Shown piece by piece: positions 1 through 8,615 of a stretch of DNA of 64,000 nucleotides (its first letter is position 1; each line of letters starts with the position of its first letter). A program made the position numbers and the translations under genes. Below the pieces are notes generated by a model, which searched no databases, was not told the origin of the DNA, and saw only the letters and a program-made list of their open reading frames with translations. Origin of the DNA: Planctomycetia bacterium (GTDB lineage Bacteria > Planctomycetota > Planctomycetia > JALXBF01 > JBGPMX01). The stretch is taken from positions 10,155-74,154 of the forward strand of contig DAIOWH010000007.1 of NCBI GenBank assembly GCA_036758585.1, written 5' to 3'.

Positions 1-81
1 TGGTCCTTTCGTGTTGTAACTCGTTTACTCGCCTTGCGATCGCGACGCTTGTTTGATGAGTTGCTGAACGGGGCGGAGTTT

Positions 82-97
82 TGGCGCAGCGGTTGCT
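82..97 (+). promoter_or_regulatory. sigma54 (-24/-12) promoter upstream of the HPr gene
   Basis: TGGCGC-AGCGG-TTGCT matches TGGCAC-N5-TTGC with exact GG..GC spacing. Confidence 0.75.
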
Positions 98-229
98 TTT
101 GCTAAAAAACGTCCAGCACGCAGTCAGGAAGGATGAGGCAGAGTGGCCAAGGCGGCTGGATGAATCGGTCGCAACGGGTTCACAAGGGCCTTGGCCGGCT
201 CCGACTCACAAGCAGAGGAGGCACCGAGC

Positions 230-502
230 ATGTTCTGTTGTACTCGCGTTCGTGTGGATGTTCCGAACGGGCTGCACCTGCGGCCTGCGTCGCGCATCGC
301 AGCGGCGGTCGCGGACTTTCCGGGTGAGATTCGAGTGAAGTACGCCGGGCGGTCCGCCGATGCTCAGAGTGTTCTCGACCTTCTCAGTCTTGGCGTGCCC
401 GAAGGCGGAGTGATGCTGATCGAGGCGGACCGGTTCGACGCGCCTGCCGTCGTGGACCAGATCCGTCGCATTACGTGTGACTTGGCTGTCGAGGCAGCAT
501 AG
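230..502 (+). CDS. ptsH: HPr family phosphocarrier protein
   Basis: NGLHLRPA active-site His motif; DAQSVLDLLSLG regulatory-Ser region; GAGGAGG RBS before ATG 230. Confidence 0.9.
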   Translation: MFCCTRVRVDVPNGLHLRPASRIAAAVADFPGEIRVKYAGRSADAQSVLDLLSLGVPEGGVMLIEADRFDAPAVVDQIRRITCDLAVEAA

Positions 503-542
503 CTCAACCGTCGCCAGAGACGTCGCGGCGCCCGGAGGCGCC

Positions 543-683
543 GTACTGTGCCACATTGAAGGGGGTTCGCGAATTCGTTTAACCCGCAGCCGCAGGCGAG
601 GCACAACGAACGCCAGCCTCGCCTACGGCTGCGGGTTAGATAACCGAAGCCGATTTCAGACCCTATTCAATGTGGCACAGTAC
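543..683. mobile_element. MITE-like element, copy 1, with internal REP-like hairpin
   Basis: Perfect 18-bp terminal inverted repeats GTACTGTGCCACATTGAA (543-560) and TTCAATGTGGCACAGTAC (666-683); internal TAACCCGCAGCCG...CGGCTGCGGGTTA stem; inverted second copy at 7411-7554. Confidence 0.75.
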
Positions 684-792
684 TAAGCCGTGAATCCGGT
701 CCCAGGCTCTCCCGCCCTAACTGAAATGCCGCCCGGGTTGCTGCGGCGTCTCTGGTCCTGACGACGACCGTCTGAATGACGACGTGCCCGCG

Positions 793-1716
793 CTACGCGA
801 TGAGCTTGCGGAGTTGATCGAGGTAGCGAGGCACGGCGGCCAGCGGGTCTTCGGCGGCCTCGTATTCGAGCACAACGTATCCGCGATAATCCACGTCGCG
901 CAGCATGCGGACGAGTCGCGCGAGATCGGCAGGCTGCTTGGCACTGCCGGCGGGACTCATCTCGGTCTTCACCTGGACGTTCACCGCGTACGGCGCCAGT
1001 TGGGCCAGCTCGGCATAGGGATCGGCCGAGTGAAAGTTGCCCGTGTCGAGATTCACGGCGAACCAGGGCGATCGCACCTCGCGCACGATTGCGAGCAGTC
1101 CATCGGCCGTGGCACTGAGTCCGCCGTGGTTCTCGAGCGCAAGATACACGCCACGCTCGCCCGAGTAGCGACAACATTCTTCAATGGCCTCGACGCACGA
1201 CGCCCGCGCTTGCTGCTCAGAGTGTCCCTTGGGCGTGCTGCCGGAAAAGATGCGGATGCACGGCGCCCCCATAGCCGCCGCATGGTCGGCCCACTTCTTC
1301 ACATGCGCAATGTCTTTGTCGCGAGCCTCGCCCGGCGGTCGGCAGAAGTCGTTGCCCACGGCGGTACCTGATACTTCGAGACCCAGCAGGAACGTCTGGC
1401 GTTTCAGATGGGCCAGATACTCGGGCGTGGTTTCTTTCGGGAAGTAGTAGCTGGTCAGCTCCGTGCCGTCGAGACCTTGGGCGGCGCAGAACGCGATGAA
1501 GTCGTCGAGCGTCCACTCGGCCTTCGTTTCGCCCTTCTTGGGATTCAAGCGATCACGAAACGAGTAGGCCGCCAGGCTGAGCTTCATCCGGCACTTGCCA
1601 GCTCGTTTGATCGGGTCGATTGCGGCGGGCGCCGACAACGGCACCGCAAACAGACCGACCGTTCCCAGCGCGGCGGCCGAACGCAGAAGGTCGCGACGAG
1701 TCGAAGGCTGAATCAT
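793..1716 (-). CDS. TAT-exported sugar phosphate isomerase/epimerase (AP_endonuc_2 TIM barrel)
   Basis: TRRDLL twin-arginine signal; LALENHGG, NLDTGNF and LEYE metal-binding motifs. Confidence 0.85.
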   Translation of the reverse strand: MIQPSTRRDLLRSAAALGTVGLFAVPLSAPAAIDPIKRAGKCRMKLSLAAYSFRDRLNPKKGETKAEWTLDDFIAFCAAQGLDGTELTSYYFPKETTPEYLAHLKRQTFLLGLEVSGTAVGNDFCRPPGEARDKDIAHVKKWADHAAAMGAPCIRIFSGSTPKGHSEQQARASCVEAIEECCRYSGERGVYLALENHGGLSATADGLLAIVREVRSPWFAVNLDTGNFHSADPYAELAQLAPYAVNVQVKTEMSPAGSAKQPADLARLVRMLRDVDYRGYVVLEYEAAEDPLAAVPRYLDQLRKLIA

Positions 1717-1807
1717 CGTCAGGTCTCCTGAATGCGTGGCGTGACTCTGTCCGGCAAGCCGCCCGACATTGTCGGGCGTGCATGGGCCAAAGTCCAGAGT
1801 GGCGATA

Positions 1808-1835
1808 TTGACAGGTTTCGCCGGATCACTATTCT
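1808..1835 (+). promoter_or_regulatory. sigma70-type promoter for the lptF/G-like gene
   Basis: TTGACA-N16-TATTCT about 40 nt upstream of the GTG start. Confidence 0.6.
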
Positions 1836-1875
1836 GCCGCCTCTTTGAGTCGTACCCCTCACCCGCGGGACAGCC

Positions 1876-2967
1876 GTGCTTCGTATCTTTGACCGATACC
1901 TGATTCTGATCTTCGTCCGCTCGTTCCTGATCTGCTTTTGCAGCCTGGTCGGTCTGTACGTCGTCATCGATGCGTTCTCGAACTTGGACGAGTTCAGCGA
2001 GCGGTCGAAGGGTCTGTTCGCGATTCTGGGCCGGATGGGAACGTACTACGGCTATCGCGTCACGCTGTTTTTCGATCGGCTGTCGAGCGTGATTACCATG
2101 ATCGCAGCGATGTTCACATTCTCATGGATCCAGCGGACCAATGAGCTGATGCCCATGCTGGCGGCCGGCGTACCGATTCATCGGATCATCGCGCCCGTGC
2201 TGTGTGCCAGCCTGACGATCAGTGGGTTGACGATCGCGAATCAGGAGCTGCTGATCCCCCGCATTGCGAAGCAACTGCAGGGCCGTCCGGACGACGACGC
2301 GGTGCAGACGGTGATGGCCCGCGCGGTACACGATTCGCGCGGCATCTTGCTGAGCGCCGATCGGTGCTACCGGGCCGAGCAGCGCATCCGGCCGGCGTTT
2401 GTGACTCTGCAGCCGAATCTGGTCGGCACGCTGATCGAACTAAGCGCACGCGAAGGCCGTTATGTGCCGCCCGGCTCGGACGAACTTTCGGGCGGCTGGT
2501 TGCTTAGCGGCGTGACGCCTGCGGATATCCAATGTAACCCCGCCGTGCTCAAGCCGCTCGGCGACGGCGACTACTTCCTGTTCACGACCGTCACGTTCGA
2601 TCACATGGTCCGCAAGCAAGCGTGGTTTCACTTTTCGACTAGCCGCGAACTGATCGAACAACTGGGCCAACCGGGCAACCCGGCTCGCAACGAAATTGCC
2701 GTCGTGCTGCACTCGCGATTCACTCGCCCGCTGGCCACGGTCACCCTGCTGTTCCTCGGCCTACCATTCGTTTTGTCGGGCACGGATCGCCGCATGGTGA
2801 GCATGGTCGGAATGAGCCTAGTGGTCAGCGTTGCGTTCCAGTTGTCGACGCTCCTATGCCAACGCCTCGGCAGCGCCGAATACTTGAGCGCGCCGCTGGC
2901 CGCCTGGTTGCCCGTGCTAGTCTTCGGCACGGCCGCCGTGGGTCTGTACGACTGGATCAAGACGTGA
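1876..2967 (+). CDS. LptF/LptG family LPS export permease
   Basis: IFDRYL N-terminus; 3 TM + periplasmic beta region + 3 TM; NELMPMLAAGVPIHR and PLAAWLP motifs. Confidence 0.85.
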   Translation: MLRIFDRYLILIFVRSFLICFCSLVGLYVVIDAFSNLDEFSERSKGLFAILGRMGTYYGYRVTLFFDRLSSVITMIAAMFTFSWIQRTNELMPMLAAGVPIHRIIAPVLCASLTISGLTIANQELLIPRIAKQLQGRPDDDAVQTVMARAVHDSRGILLSADRCYRAEQRIRPAFVTLQPNLVGTLIELSAREGRYVPPGSDELSGGWLLSGVTPADIQCNPAVLKPLGDGDYFLFTTVTFDHMVRKQAWFHFSTSRELIEQLGQPGNPARNEIAVVLHSRFTRPLATVTLLFLGLPFVLSGTDRRMVSMVGMSLVVSVAFQLSTLLCQRLGSAEYLSAPLAAWLPVLVFGTAAVGLYDWIKT

Positions 2968-2990
2968 GTCTTCGGGCGACCAGGCCACTC

Positions 2991-3127
2991 AGTTGGACGA
3001 GTTGAAGAAGTTGGGCTCTCCGCCAAGTTTGGAGCGCATGCGTCCCGCCTGCTGTTTCATCCGCCAGACATGAGGCGGCCGCGGCGGCCACACCACACGT
3101 TTCCTTCGACTTCTTCAACTTCTTCGG
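2991..3127. repeat. Nonamer tandem-repeat inverted element (GTTGAAGAA arm / TTCTTCAAC arm)
   Basis: Complementary arms at about 2991-3015 and 3103-3127; same family as 47361-47455. Confidence 0.5.
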
Positions 3128-3171
3128 CCGCCCAACCGCCGCCGCTCTCCAGAGTCTGCGATCGGCCCGCG

Positions 3172-3201
3172 TTGACACGTTCCCTCACGCCGTCTTACCA
3201 T
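3172..3201 (+). promoter_or_regulatory. sigma70-type promoter for moaD-aor
   Basis: TTGACA-N18-TACCAT about 40 nt upstream of ATG 3240. Confidence 0.55.
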
Positions 3202-3239
3202 GACCCTGGAATGTGAGGCTTGTCCTGGGACCCGGCCCG

Positions 3240-3494
3240 ATGCAGATACAACTAGAGGTCTTCGGCATATTGCGAGACCGGCTTCGGGAGCGGTTGCCGG
3301 GCGGGCGCGGGGTCGTGGAGGTGACCGACGGGTCGTCGATCGCTCAACTGGGCGAGCAGTTGCAGATTCCGATCGTCGCCAACTGTGTAGTCATGGTGGA
3401 CGGTCAAACGCAGCGCGACCGGAACTTGCCGCTGTCGGCGGGGGCCAAGGTCACGCTGATTCCGCCCGTAGCGGGCGGCACTCTAGGAGGATGA
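3240..3494 (+). CDS. moaD: MoaD/ThiS family sulfur carrier protein
   Basis: Beta-grasp size; GAKVTLIPPVAGG motif; directly upstream of AOR. Confidence 0.85.
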   Translation: MQIQLEVFGILRDRLRERLPGGRGVVEVTDGSSIAQLGEQLQIPIVANCVVMVDGQTQRDRNLPLSAGAKVTLIPPVAGGTLGG

Positions 3495-3497
3495 ACC

Positions 3498-5345
3498 ATG
3501 CACGGTTGGGCTGGTCGAATCCTGCGGGTCAATCTGACGACTGGTGAAATCAAGGTCGAGCCGCTCAACGAGACGTGGGCGTGCGAATACATCGGCGGCC
3601 GCGGACTGGCGGCGCGATACCTGTACGACGCGATGGACCCCAAGGTCGACGCGCTCAGTCCAGAGAACGTGCTGATCTTCGCGACCGGGCCGCTCACCGG
3701 CACGAACACATCGTGCGGGTCGCGGTACATGGTCGTGACCAAGGGCGCACTGACGGGCGCGATCACGACCTCGAACTCCGGCGGCCACTGGTCCAGCGAA
3801 CTCAAGTTCGCCGGCTATGACATGGTCATCCTGCACGGCCGCGCCCCCGAACCGTGTTATCTCTGGATCTATGACGACCACGTTGAGTTGCGATCAGCTA
3901 AGGACGTTTGGGGCAAGGGGACATTCGACGCCGAGGAGATGATTCGCGAAGAGGTCGGCGTGCCCGACGCGCGAGTGGCGGGGATTGGCCCGGCGGGCGA
4001 GAACCTGGTGCGGTTCGCGTGCGTGATCAACGACAAGCACCGCGCGGCCGGACGCAGCGGCGTCGGCGCGGTGATGGGGTCGAAGAACCTGAAGGCGATC
4101 GCGGTGCGCGGCACCAAGGGCATCGCCGTCGCGCGACCGGCCGAATTCCTTAAGGCGCTCTGGACGCAACACCACAAGATGCACGTCAACGACGGACGCA
4201 AGGCGTTCAGCGACCTCGGCACCGCGCCGACCATCGACCTGATCAACGCCTTCGGCGGCCTGCCCACGCGGAATTTTCAAGAGGGGCAGTTCGAGCAATC
4301 GGAAAAACTCAACGGCAACGCGATCAAAGACACGCGCATGATCCGCAACAAGGCCTGCTTCGCATGCACGATCGCGTGTGGCCGCGTCACTCATCTGCCT
4401 GGCGATGCATCAAACAAGTTCCTGGTGAACACACATCCGCGCAACTGGAAGATCGCCGGCGAAGGGCCGGAATACGAAGCCGCGTGGTCGCTCGGCGCCG
4501 ACTGCGGCGTGGGCGATCTCGACGCGGTGCTTAAGGCCAACTGGCTGTGCAACGATCTAGGCATGGATCCGATCTCGATGGGCTCGACGCTAGCCGCGGC
4601 GATGGAACTGTACGAAACCGGCGTGATCACCGACCGCAAGACGCGCATGCCGCTGCGATTCGGGTCGGGCGATGCCCTGGTGCGCATGACCGAGGCGACC
4701 GCGTACCGCGAAGGGTTCGGCAACGAACTGGCCGAAGGCTCGGCCCGCATGACCAAGAAGTTCCGCCACCCCGACCTGTTCATGGGGGTCAAGGGTCAGG
4801 AGTTCCCGGCGTACGATCCACGCGGGTTCCAGGGCATGGGCATCGCCTACGCCTCGTGCAATCGCGGCGCCTGTCACCTGCGTGCCTGGACGCCGGCGAT
4901 CGAAACATCGGGCGACCCCGGATACAACCACTCGCCCAGCGGCAAAAGCCCGTGGGTGATCGCCGAACAGAACAAGTCTACGGCGCACGACAACACGGGC
5001 GTGTGCTTGTTCACCGCGTTCGCCGGAGCGGGCCATACCGACCTGGCCGCGCTCACCAGCGCCGCGACGGGCGTTGATTTCAGCGAGGCCGATTACCTGA
5101 AGGCCGGCGAGCGCACGTGGAACCTGGAAAAGCTCTGGAACCTGCGCGCGGGGTTGTCGAAGCGTCACGACACGCTGCCCAAGCGACTGCTGACCGAAGG
5201 CTTCAAGTCAGGCCCCTCGGCCGGCGTCACCGTGAACCTCGACGCAATGCTGCCCGAATACTACAAGCTGCGCGGCTGGTCCAAGAGCGGCAGGCCGACG
5301 AAACGAAAGCTCAAGCAACTCGGCCTACTGGAGCTACAGGCCTGA
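3498..5345 (+). CDS. aor: Aldehyde ferredoxin oxidoreductase (tungstopterin AOR family)
   Basis: MHGWAGRILRVNL start; GRSGVGAVMGSKNLKAI; CFACTIAC Fe-S cysteines; GPEYE; DLGMDPIS; AGGAGG RBS. Confidence 0.92.
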   Translation: MHGWAGRILRVNLTTGEIKVEPLNETWACEYIGGRGLAARYLYDAMDPKVDALSPENVLIFATGPLTGTNTSCGSRYMVVTKGALTGAITTSNSGGHWSSELKFAGYDMVILHGRAPEPCYLWIYDDHVELRSAKDVWGKGTFDAEEMIREEVGVPDARVAGIGPAGENLVRFACVINDKHRAAGRSGVGAVMGSKNLKAIAVRGTKGIAVARPAEFLKALWTQHHKMHVNDGRKAFSDLGTAPTIDLINAFGGLPTRNFQEGQFEQSEKLNGNAIKDTRMIRNKACFACTIACGRVTHLPGDASNKFLVNTHPRNWKIAGEGPEYEAAWSLGADCGVGDLDAVLKANWLCNDLGMDPISMGSTLAAAMELYETGVITDRKTRMPLRFGSGDALVRMTEATAYREGFGNELAEGSARMTKKFRHPDLFMGVKGQEFPAYDPRGFQGMGIAYASCNRGACHLRAWTPAIETSGDPGYNHSPSGKSPWVIAEQNKSTAHDNTGVCLFTAFAGAGHTDLAALTSAATGVDFSEADYLKAGERTWNLEKLWNLRAGLSKRHDTLPKRLLTEGFKSGPSAGVTVNLDAMLPEYYKLRGWSKSGRPTKRKLKQLGLLELQA

Positions 5346-6386
5346 GTCAACGGCTCGGACGACCTCGCGCCCGCGCGCGATCACCTGTTCGGGCGTCGCA
5401 GTTCCGGTCGTTCCGATCTGCTGGATCGTGATGGACGCGACGATGTTCCCGAGCGCCGCGGCGTTGGCCAGTGTCGCGCCGCATGCGAGCGCGCAAACGA
5501 TGCCCGCCGTCGCGCTATCGCCGGCGCCGACGATGTCGATCGGTCCCGACACCGCGTGAGCCGGCGCCTGCACCGCGCCGCCGTTCGCCGGATCGACCAC
5601 GAGAATGCCCTCGGCGCCGAGCGTACAAAAGACGGCTCGGCGGGTGCGCCGCGCCAACCGCGCGGTCGCGTCGCGCATCAGGGCCAGATCGACATCGTCG
5701 GCCGTGCGACCGACGGCTCGCAAGCACTCCGACCGGTTCGGCTTGGCGATCACGTTGTAGTATTGGCCGATGCGATCGCGACTGTCGGCGATGATGATCT
5801 TGTTGGGGTAGCGCACGGCCAGTTCCGCAAGGCGTTCGCGAATGGCGACCGTCATCACGCCGCAGTCCGGCTCACTCACCTGATCGGCTACGACGACGGC
5901 GTCAGCCTCAGCCACGACCTGATCGAGCCGCCGGGCAATCTCGCGCACCAGAACGGCGGGCATCGGCTCGCGGTTCTTGATGTCGAGGCGATTGAGTTCG
6001 CGGGCGTGGCCGCCGTGTTCGCACAGCATCGGCTTGGTGTACGTCGGAGTGCGCCGCTGCGGCGACTCGATAACAAGACTCGCGTCGATGCCGCGTCGGC
6101 CCAACTCGCGCCTCAGGTCGAACCCTTCGCCGTCCTCGCCAACGACGGTCACTGCCGCGACTCGCCCGACACCGAGCGCGGCCAAGTTGTTCGCCACGGT
6201 GCCGCCGGCTCCGGGACTGTTCCGCACTGCGACAACCTGATATGCGTCGAGACCAGTCTCGACCGACTTCTCCGTGAGGCGTGCGTCGATGTCGAGGTAA
6301 CGATCGAGGAAGAAGTCGCCCGCGACGGCGATGGTCAACCGTGGCAGTGAATCTAAGACCGCTCGCAGTTGTCGTTCGTCCCACAC
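5334..6386 (-). CDS. PfkB/ribokinase family kinase, HldE(RfaE) kinase-domain-like
   Basis: VAGDFFLDRY, SPGAGGTVANNL and DIVGAGDS motifs. Confidence 0.85.
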   Translation of the reverse strand: MWDERQLRAVLDSLPRLTIAVAGDFFLDRYLDIDARLTEKSVETGLDAYQVVAVRNSPGAGGTVANNLAALGVGRVAAVTVVGEDGEGFDLRRELGRRGIDASLVIESPQRRTPTYTKPMLCEHGGHARELNRLDIKNREPMPAVLVREIARRLDQVVAEADAVVVADQVSEPDCGVMTVAIRERLAELAVRYPNKIIIADSRDRIGQYYNVIAKPNRSECLRAVGRTADDVDLALMRDATARLARRTRRAVFCTLGAEGILVVDPANGGAVQAPAHAVSGPIDIVGAGDSATAGIVCALACGATLANAAALGNIVASITIQQIGTTGTATPEQVIARGREVVRAVDSGL

Positions 6387-6402
6387 AACCGTGCTCCATG
6401 CG

Positions 6403-7065
6403 TTAACGGGCGGGAAAGGCCAACTCCGCCATTCTTCGCCTCAGATCGGCGACAAAACTGCGGAGGTCGGCGAGGTCCAATGGGTCGATCAGGTAGTCGG
6501 GCGTCTGCTGCACATCCACGCGAGCCAAGAGATGTGCGATCATCGCCGGCTCAAGTCCGCCCTCCTTGCGTTGCGCTTCAGGCAAGAGCGCGATGGCGTC
6601 GAAACCGCGACGGGCCAGGAAGTAGAGATCGACAAGGTCCTTCAACTCGCAACGACTGATCAACGTGCAGACCTTGTTGATCGCGATCTCACGCAACGTA
6701 TCCACGCGAATTCGCCCGAACTGCTCTTTGCGTGGGTCGATCTGCGGGACGTGCTCGACAACAAAATCGACTATCTCATGCTGACCGCCGCGGTTCACTC
6801 GGTACCGACGGAAGAGCGGCGAGCTTGTGATGCTCTCACATTGTGCGCCGATCTCTCGAACCGTGGCCAGCACCAGATTGTGTACCAGGTGCCAATCGGC
6901 GTCGCGATCGGTGAAGAAGTCCAAATCGTACGATAGCCGGTGATCCAGGTAGAAGATGCCGAGCGCCGATCCGCCGGTCAGATAGAACGTCTGATCCTTT
7001 TGGAAGAAGGAATCGAGGAAATCCCGTTTGAGCGTCGTCAGTGCCCTAGAGTTTTCCCAGGTCAT
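6403..7065 (-). CDS. AbiEii/AbiGii-like nucleotidyltransferase (type IV TA toxin-like)
   Basis: FYLTGGSALG..YLDHRLSYDLDFF motif; NKVCTL..R..LKDLVDLYFL C-terminal motif. Confidence 0.85.
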   Translation of the reverse strand: MTWENSRALTTLKRDFLDSFFQKDQTFYLTGGSALGIFYLDHRLSYDLDFFTDRDADWHLVHNLVLATVREIGAQCESITSSPLFRRYRVNRGGQHEIVDFVVEHVPQIDPRKEQFGRIRVDTLREIAINKVCTLISRCELKDLVDLYFLARRGFDAIALLPEAQRKEGGLEPAMIAHLLARVDVQQTPDYLIDPLDLADLRSFVADLRRRMAELAFPAR

Positions 7066-7324
7066 GCCACTCCTGAATGATGAAACGCCAAAACTCGCGG
7101 CGGCGACCCAGCAATGGGTCGAGTTCCTCCAGGTGGTCGCGCACTTGCTGGGGCGTTAGGAACAGCCAGACCTCTGGGAACGCCGCTTCGCGCATGATCC
7201 AGGCGGCCAGTTTGGTCCACGCGGGCCCGGTGCATTGCTGCAACTGCTCGCGAATCTGGCCTGCTGTGAGACGTCGGTCCCAGCAGAAATCCGGCACACG
7301 TCTCGCGTCCGCCTCGGTCATCAT
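7046..7324 (-). CDS. Small hypothetical protein, probable antitoxin/partner of the AbiEii-like gene
   Basis: About 92 aa (PDFCWD...IMREA..EVW.FLTP...LGRRREFW); overlaps toxin start by 20 nt; GAGAG RBS; start may be 7339, 7324 or 7321. Confidence 0.7.
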   Translation of the reverse strand: MMTEADARRVPDFCWDRRLTAGQIREQLQQCTGPAWTKLAAWIMREAAFPEVWLFLTPQQVRDHLEELDPLLGRRREFWRFIIQEWHDLGKL

Positions 7325-7410
7325 TTGCCACTCTCTCATCGGGTCCGCTTTAGGGACCAACCTTCGTACGCAAGATCGGACCGTACCAGGCTGGCCTGTG
7401 GCTAAGCTAA

Positions 7411-7554
7411 GTACTGTGCCACATTGAATAGCGTCTGAAATCGGCTTCGGTCGTTTAACCCGCAGCCGCAGGCGAGGCACGGTTGGCGTTTGTTGTGCCT
7501 CGCCTGCGGCTGCGGGTTAAACGAATTCGAACCCCTTTCAATGTGGATCTGTAC
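7411..7554. mobile_element. MITE-like element, copy 2 (inverted relative to copy 1)
   Basis: TIRs GTACTGTGCCACATTGAA (7411-7428) and TTCAATGTGGATCTGTAC (7537-7554); flanked by TAA on both sides (CTAA|...|TAAG); internal TTTAACCCGCAGCCGCAGGCGAGGCAC stem. Confidence 0.8.
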
Positions 7555-7589
7555 TAAGCCTAGTGCCTCGCCTGAACGAATCAAGTGCA

Positions 7590-8615
7590 TCACGAACCGA
7601 AACGGACCGCATGGAACAGCGCCGGGAACGTCAGGCGATGATCGCCTTGGACATAGTAACTCTCTCCGCCGTCGGCGATGGTGCGGGCAAGGATTGTCTT
7701 CCAGGGTCGGAAGTAGTACCGCGGGTCCGTCTTGGGCGACTCGTGCCGTGTTTCGTCCGGCAACGCGATCAGGTCAAAGACGGCGGTGGTGAAGTTCGCG
7801 ATGCGACGACCTTCTTGATGGGCGACGTTGCGCGACATCGCTAGGGCCTTGAGATAAACTTCGGGGCCCATCACCGCTGAACCGAAACAAAGGAGCACGC
7901 CGCCCTCGAGACCTGCGACTGATTGCGTGAAGACGAGGAAGTCTTGGTAGCTCGTCGCGCCCAGCGCCGCGCCGTCGGCGTTAGGATGCTCGTGGATGAT
8001 GTCGTAACCGATTCCGACGTGGACCGTCACGGGCACGCCGAGTCGGTAGCCGGCCGCGAGGATGCTCACGTCTCGGTGTGGAAAATCGCCGGGTCGGCGT
8101 TCGGCGATCTCGCGCCCCAGGGCCTCGCCCATACCGAGCGAGTCGCGGGCGCCGGCCGCGATCGCCTCGTTCATTCGCCCCGTCTCGTGCCACAGGCCGA
8201 ACTCGCCGGTGCGAATATACCGCCCCACACTCTCGGTGGTCGCGCCGATCTGAGCGAACTCCCAGTCGTGGATCGGCCCGGCCCCGTTCATCGCGACGTG
8301 CGTGATCAGGCCCCGCTCCATCATGTCGATGATGAACCGCGAAACGCCGGCCCGGATGACGTGAGCGCCCATCATGAGGATCGTTGAGGGATTGAGACGT
8401 TGAGGCGTTGCGGGTTCGGACATGCCAGTGGGATCTGTCCGCCGGTTGTGCGCGTCGCGAACGCGAGAGGCGATGTTCGCGATTGCCGGCTGTTCAAACA
8501 GCGACGGCGCGGCGGCGAGCGGAAGCATGCATGAAAGGTCGAGATCGTGCTTGCGCTCGGCGAGAGGCTTGATGGTCAGGCGGTTACGGTCGAACGCGGG
8601 GAATCGCATGGTCAC
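7590..8615 (-). CDS. Conserved hypothetical protein, deoxyhypusine-synthase-like (GSU2086-like) fold
   Basis: ILMMGAHVIRAG, AMNGAGPIHD, GEFGLWHETG, HVGIGYDIIHEHP and GSAVMGPEVYLKAL motifs. Confidence 0.7.
   Translation of the reverse strand: MTMRFPAFDRNRLTIKPLAERKHDLDLSCMLPLAAAPSLFEQPAIANIASRVRDAHNRRTDPTGMSEPATPQRLNPSTILMMGAHVIRAGVSRFIIDMMERGLITHVAMNGAGPIHDWEFAQIGATTESVGRYIRTGEFGLWHETGRMNEAIAAGARDSLGMGEALGREIAERRPGDFPHRDVSILAAGYRLGVPVTVHVGIGYDIIHEHPNADGAALGATSYQDFLVFTQSVAGLEGGVLLCFGSAVMGPEVYLKALAMSRNVAHQEGRRIANFTTAVFDLIALPDETRHESPKTDPRYYFRPWKTILARTIADGGESYYVQGDHRLTFPALFHAVRFGS

Noticed and set aside
565-600. tRNA-like GGTTCG..ATTC sequence
   Set aside because: It lies inside the MITE and no cloverleaf can be formed
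2970-3240. Moco/Wco riboswitch upstream of moaD-aor
   Set aside because: No recognisable conserved core; the structure is explained by the nonamer inverted repeat, and the promoter sits only about 40 nt from the start codon
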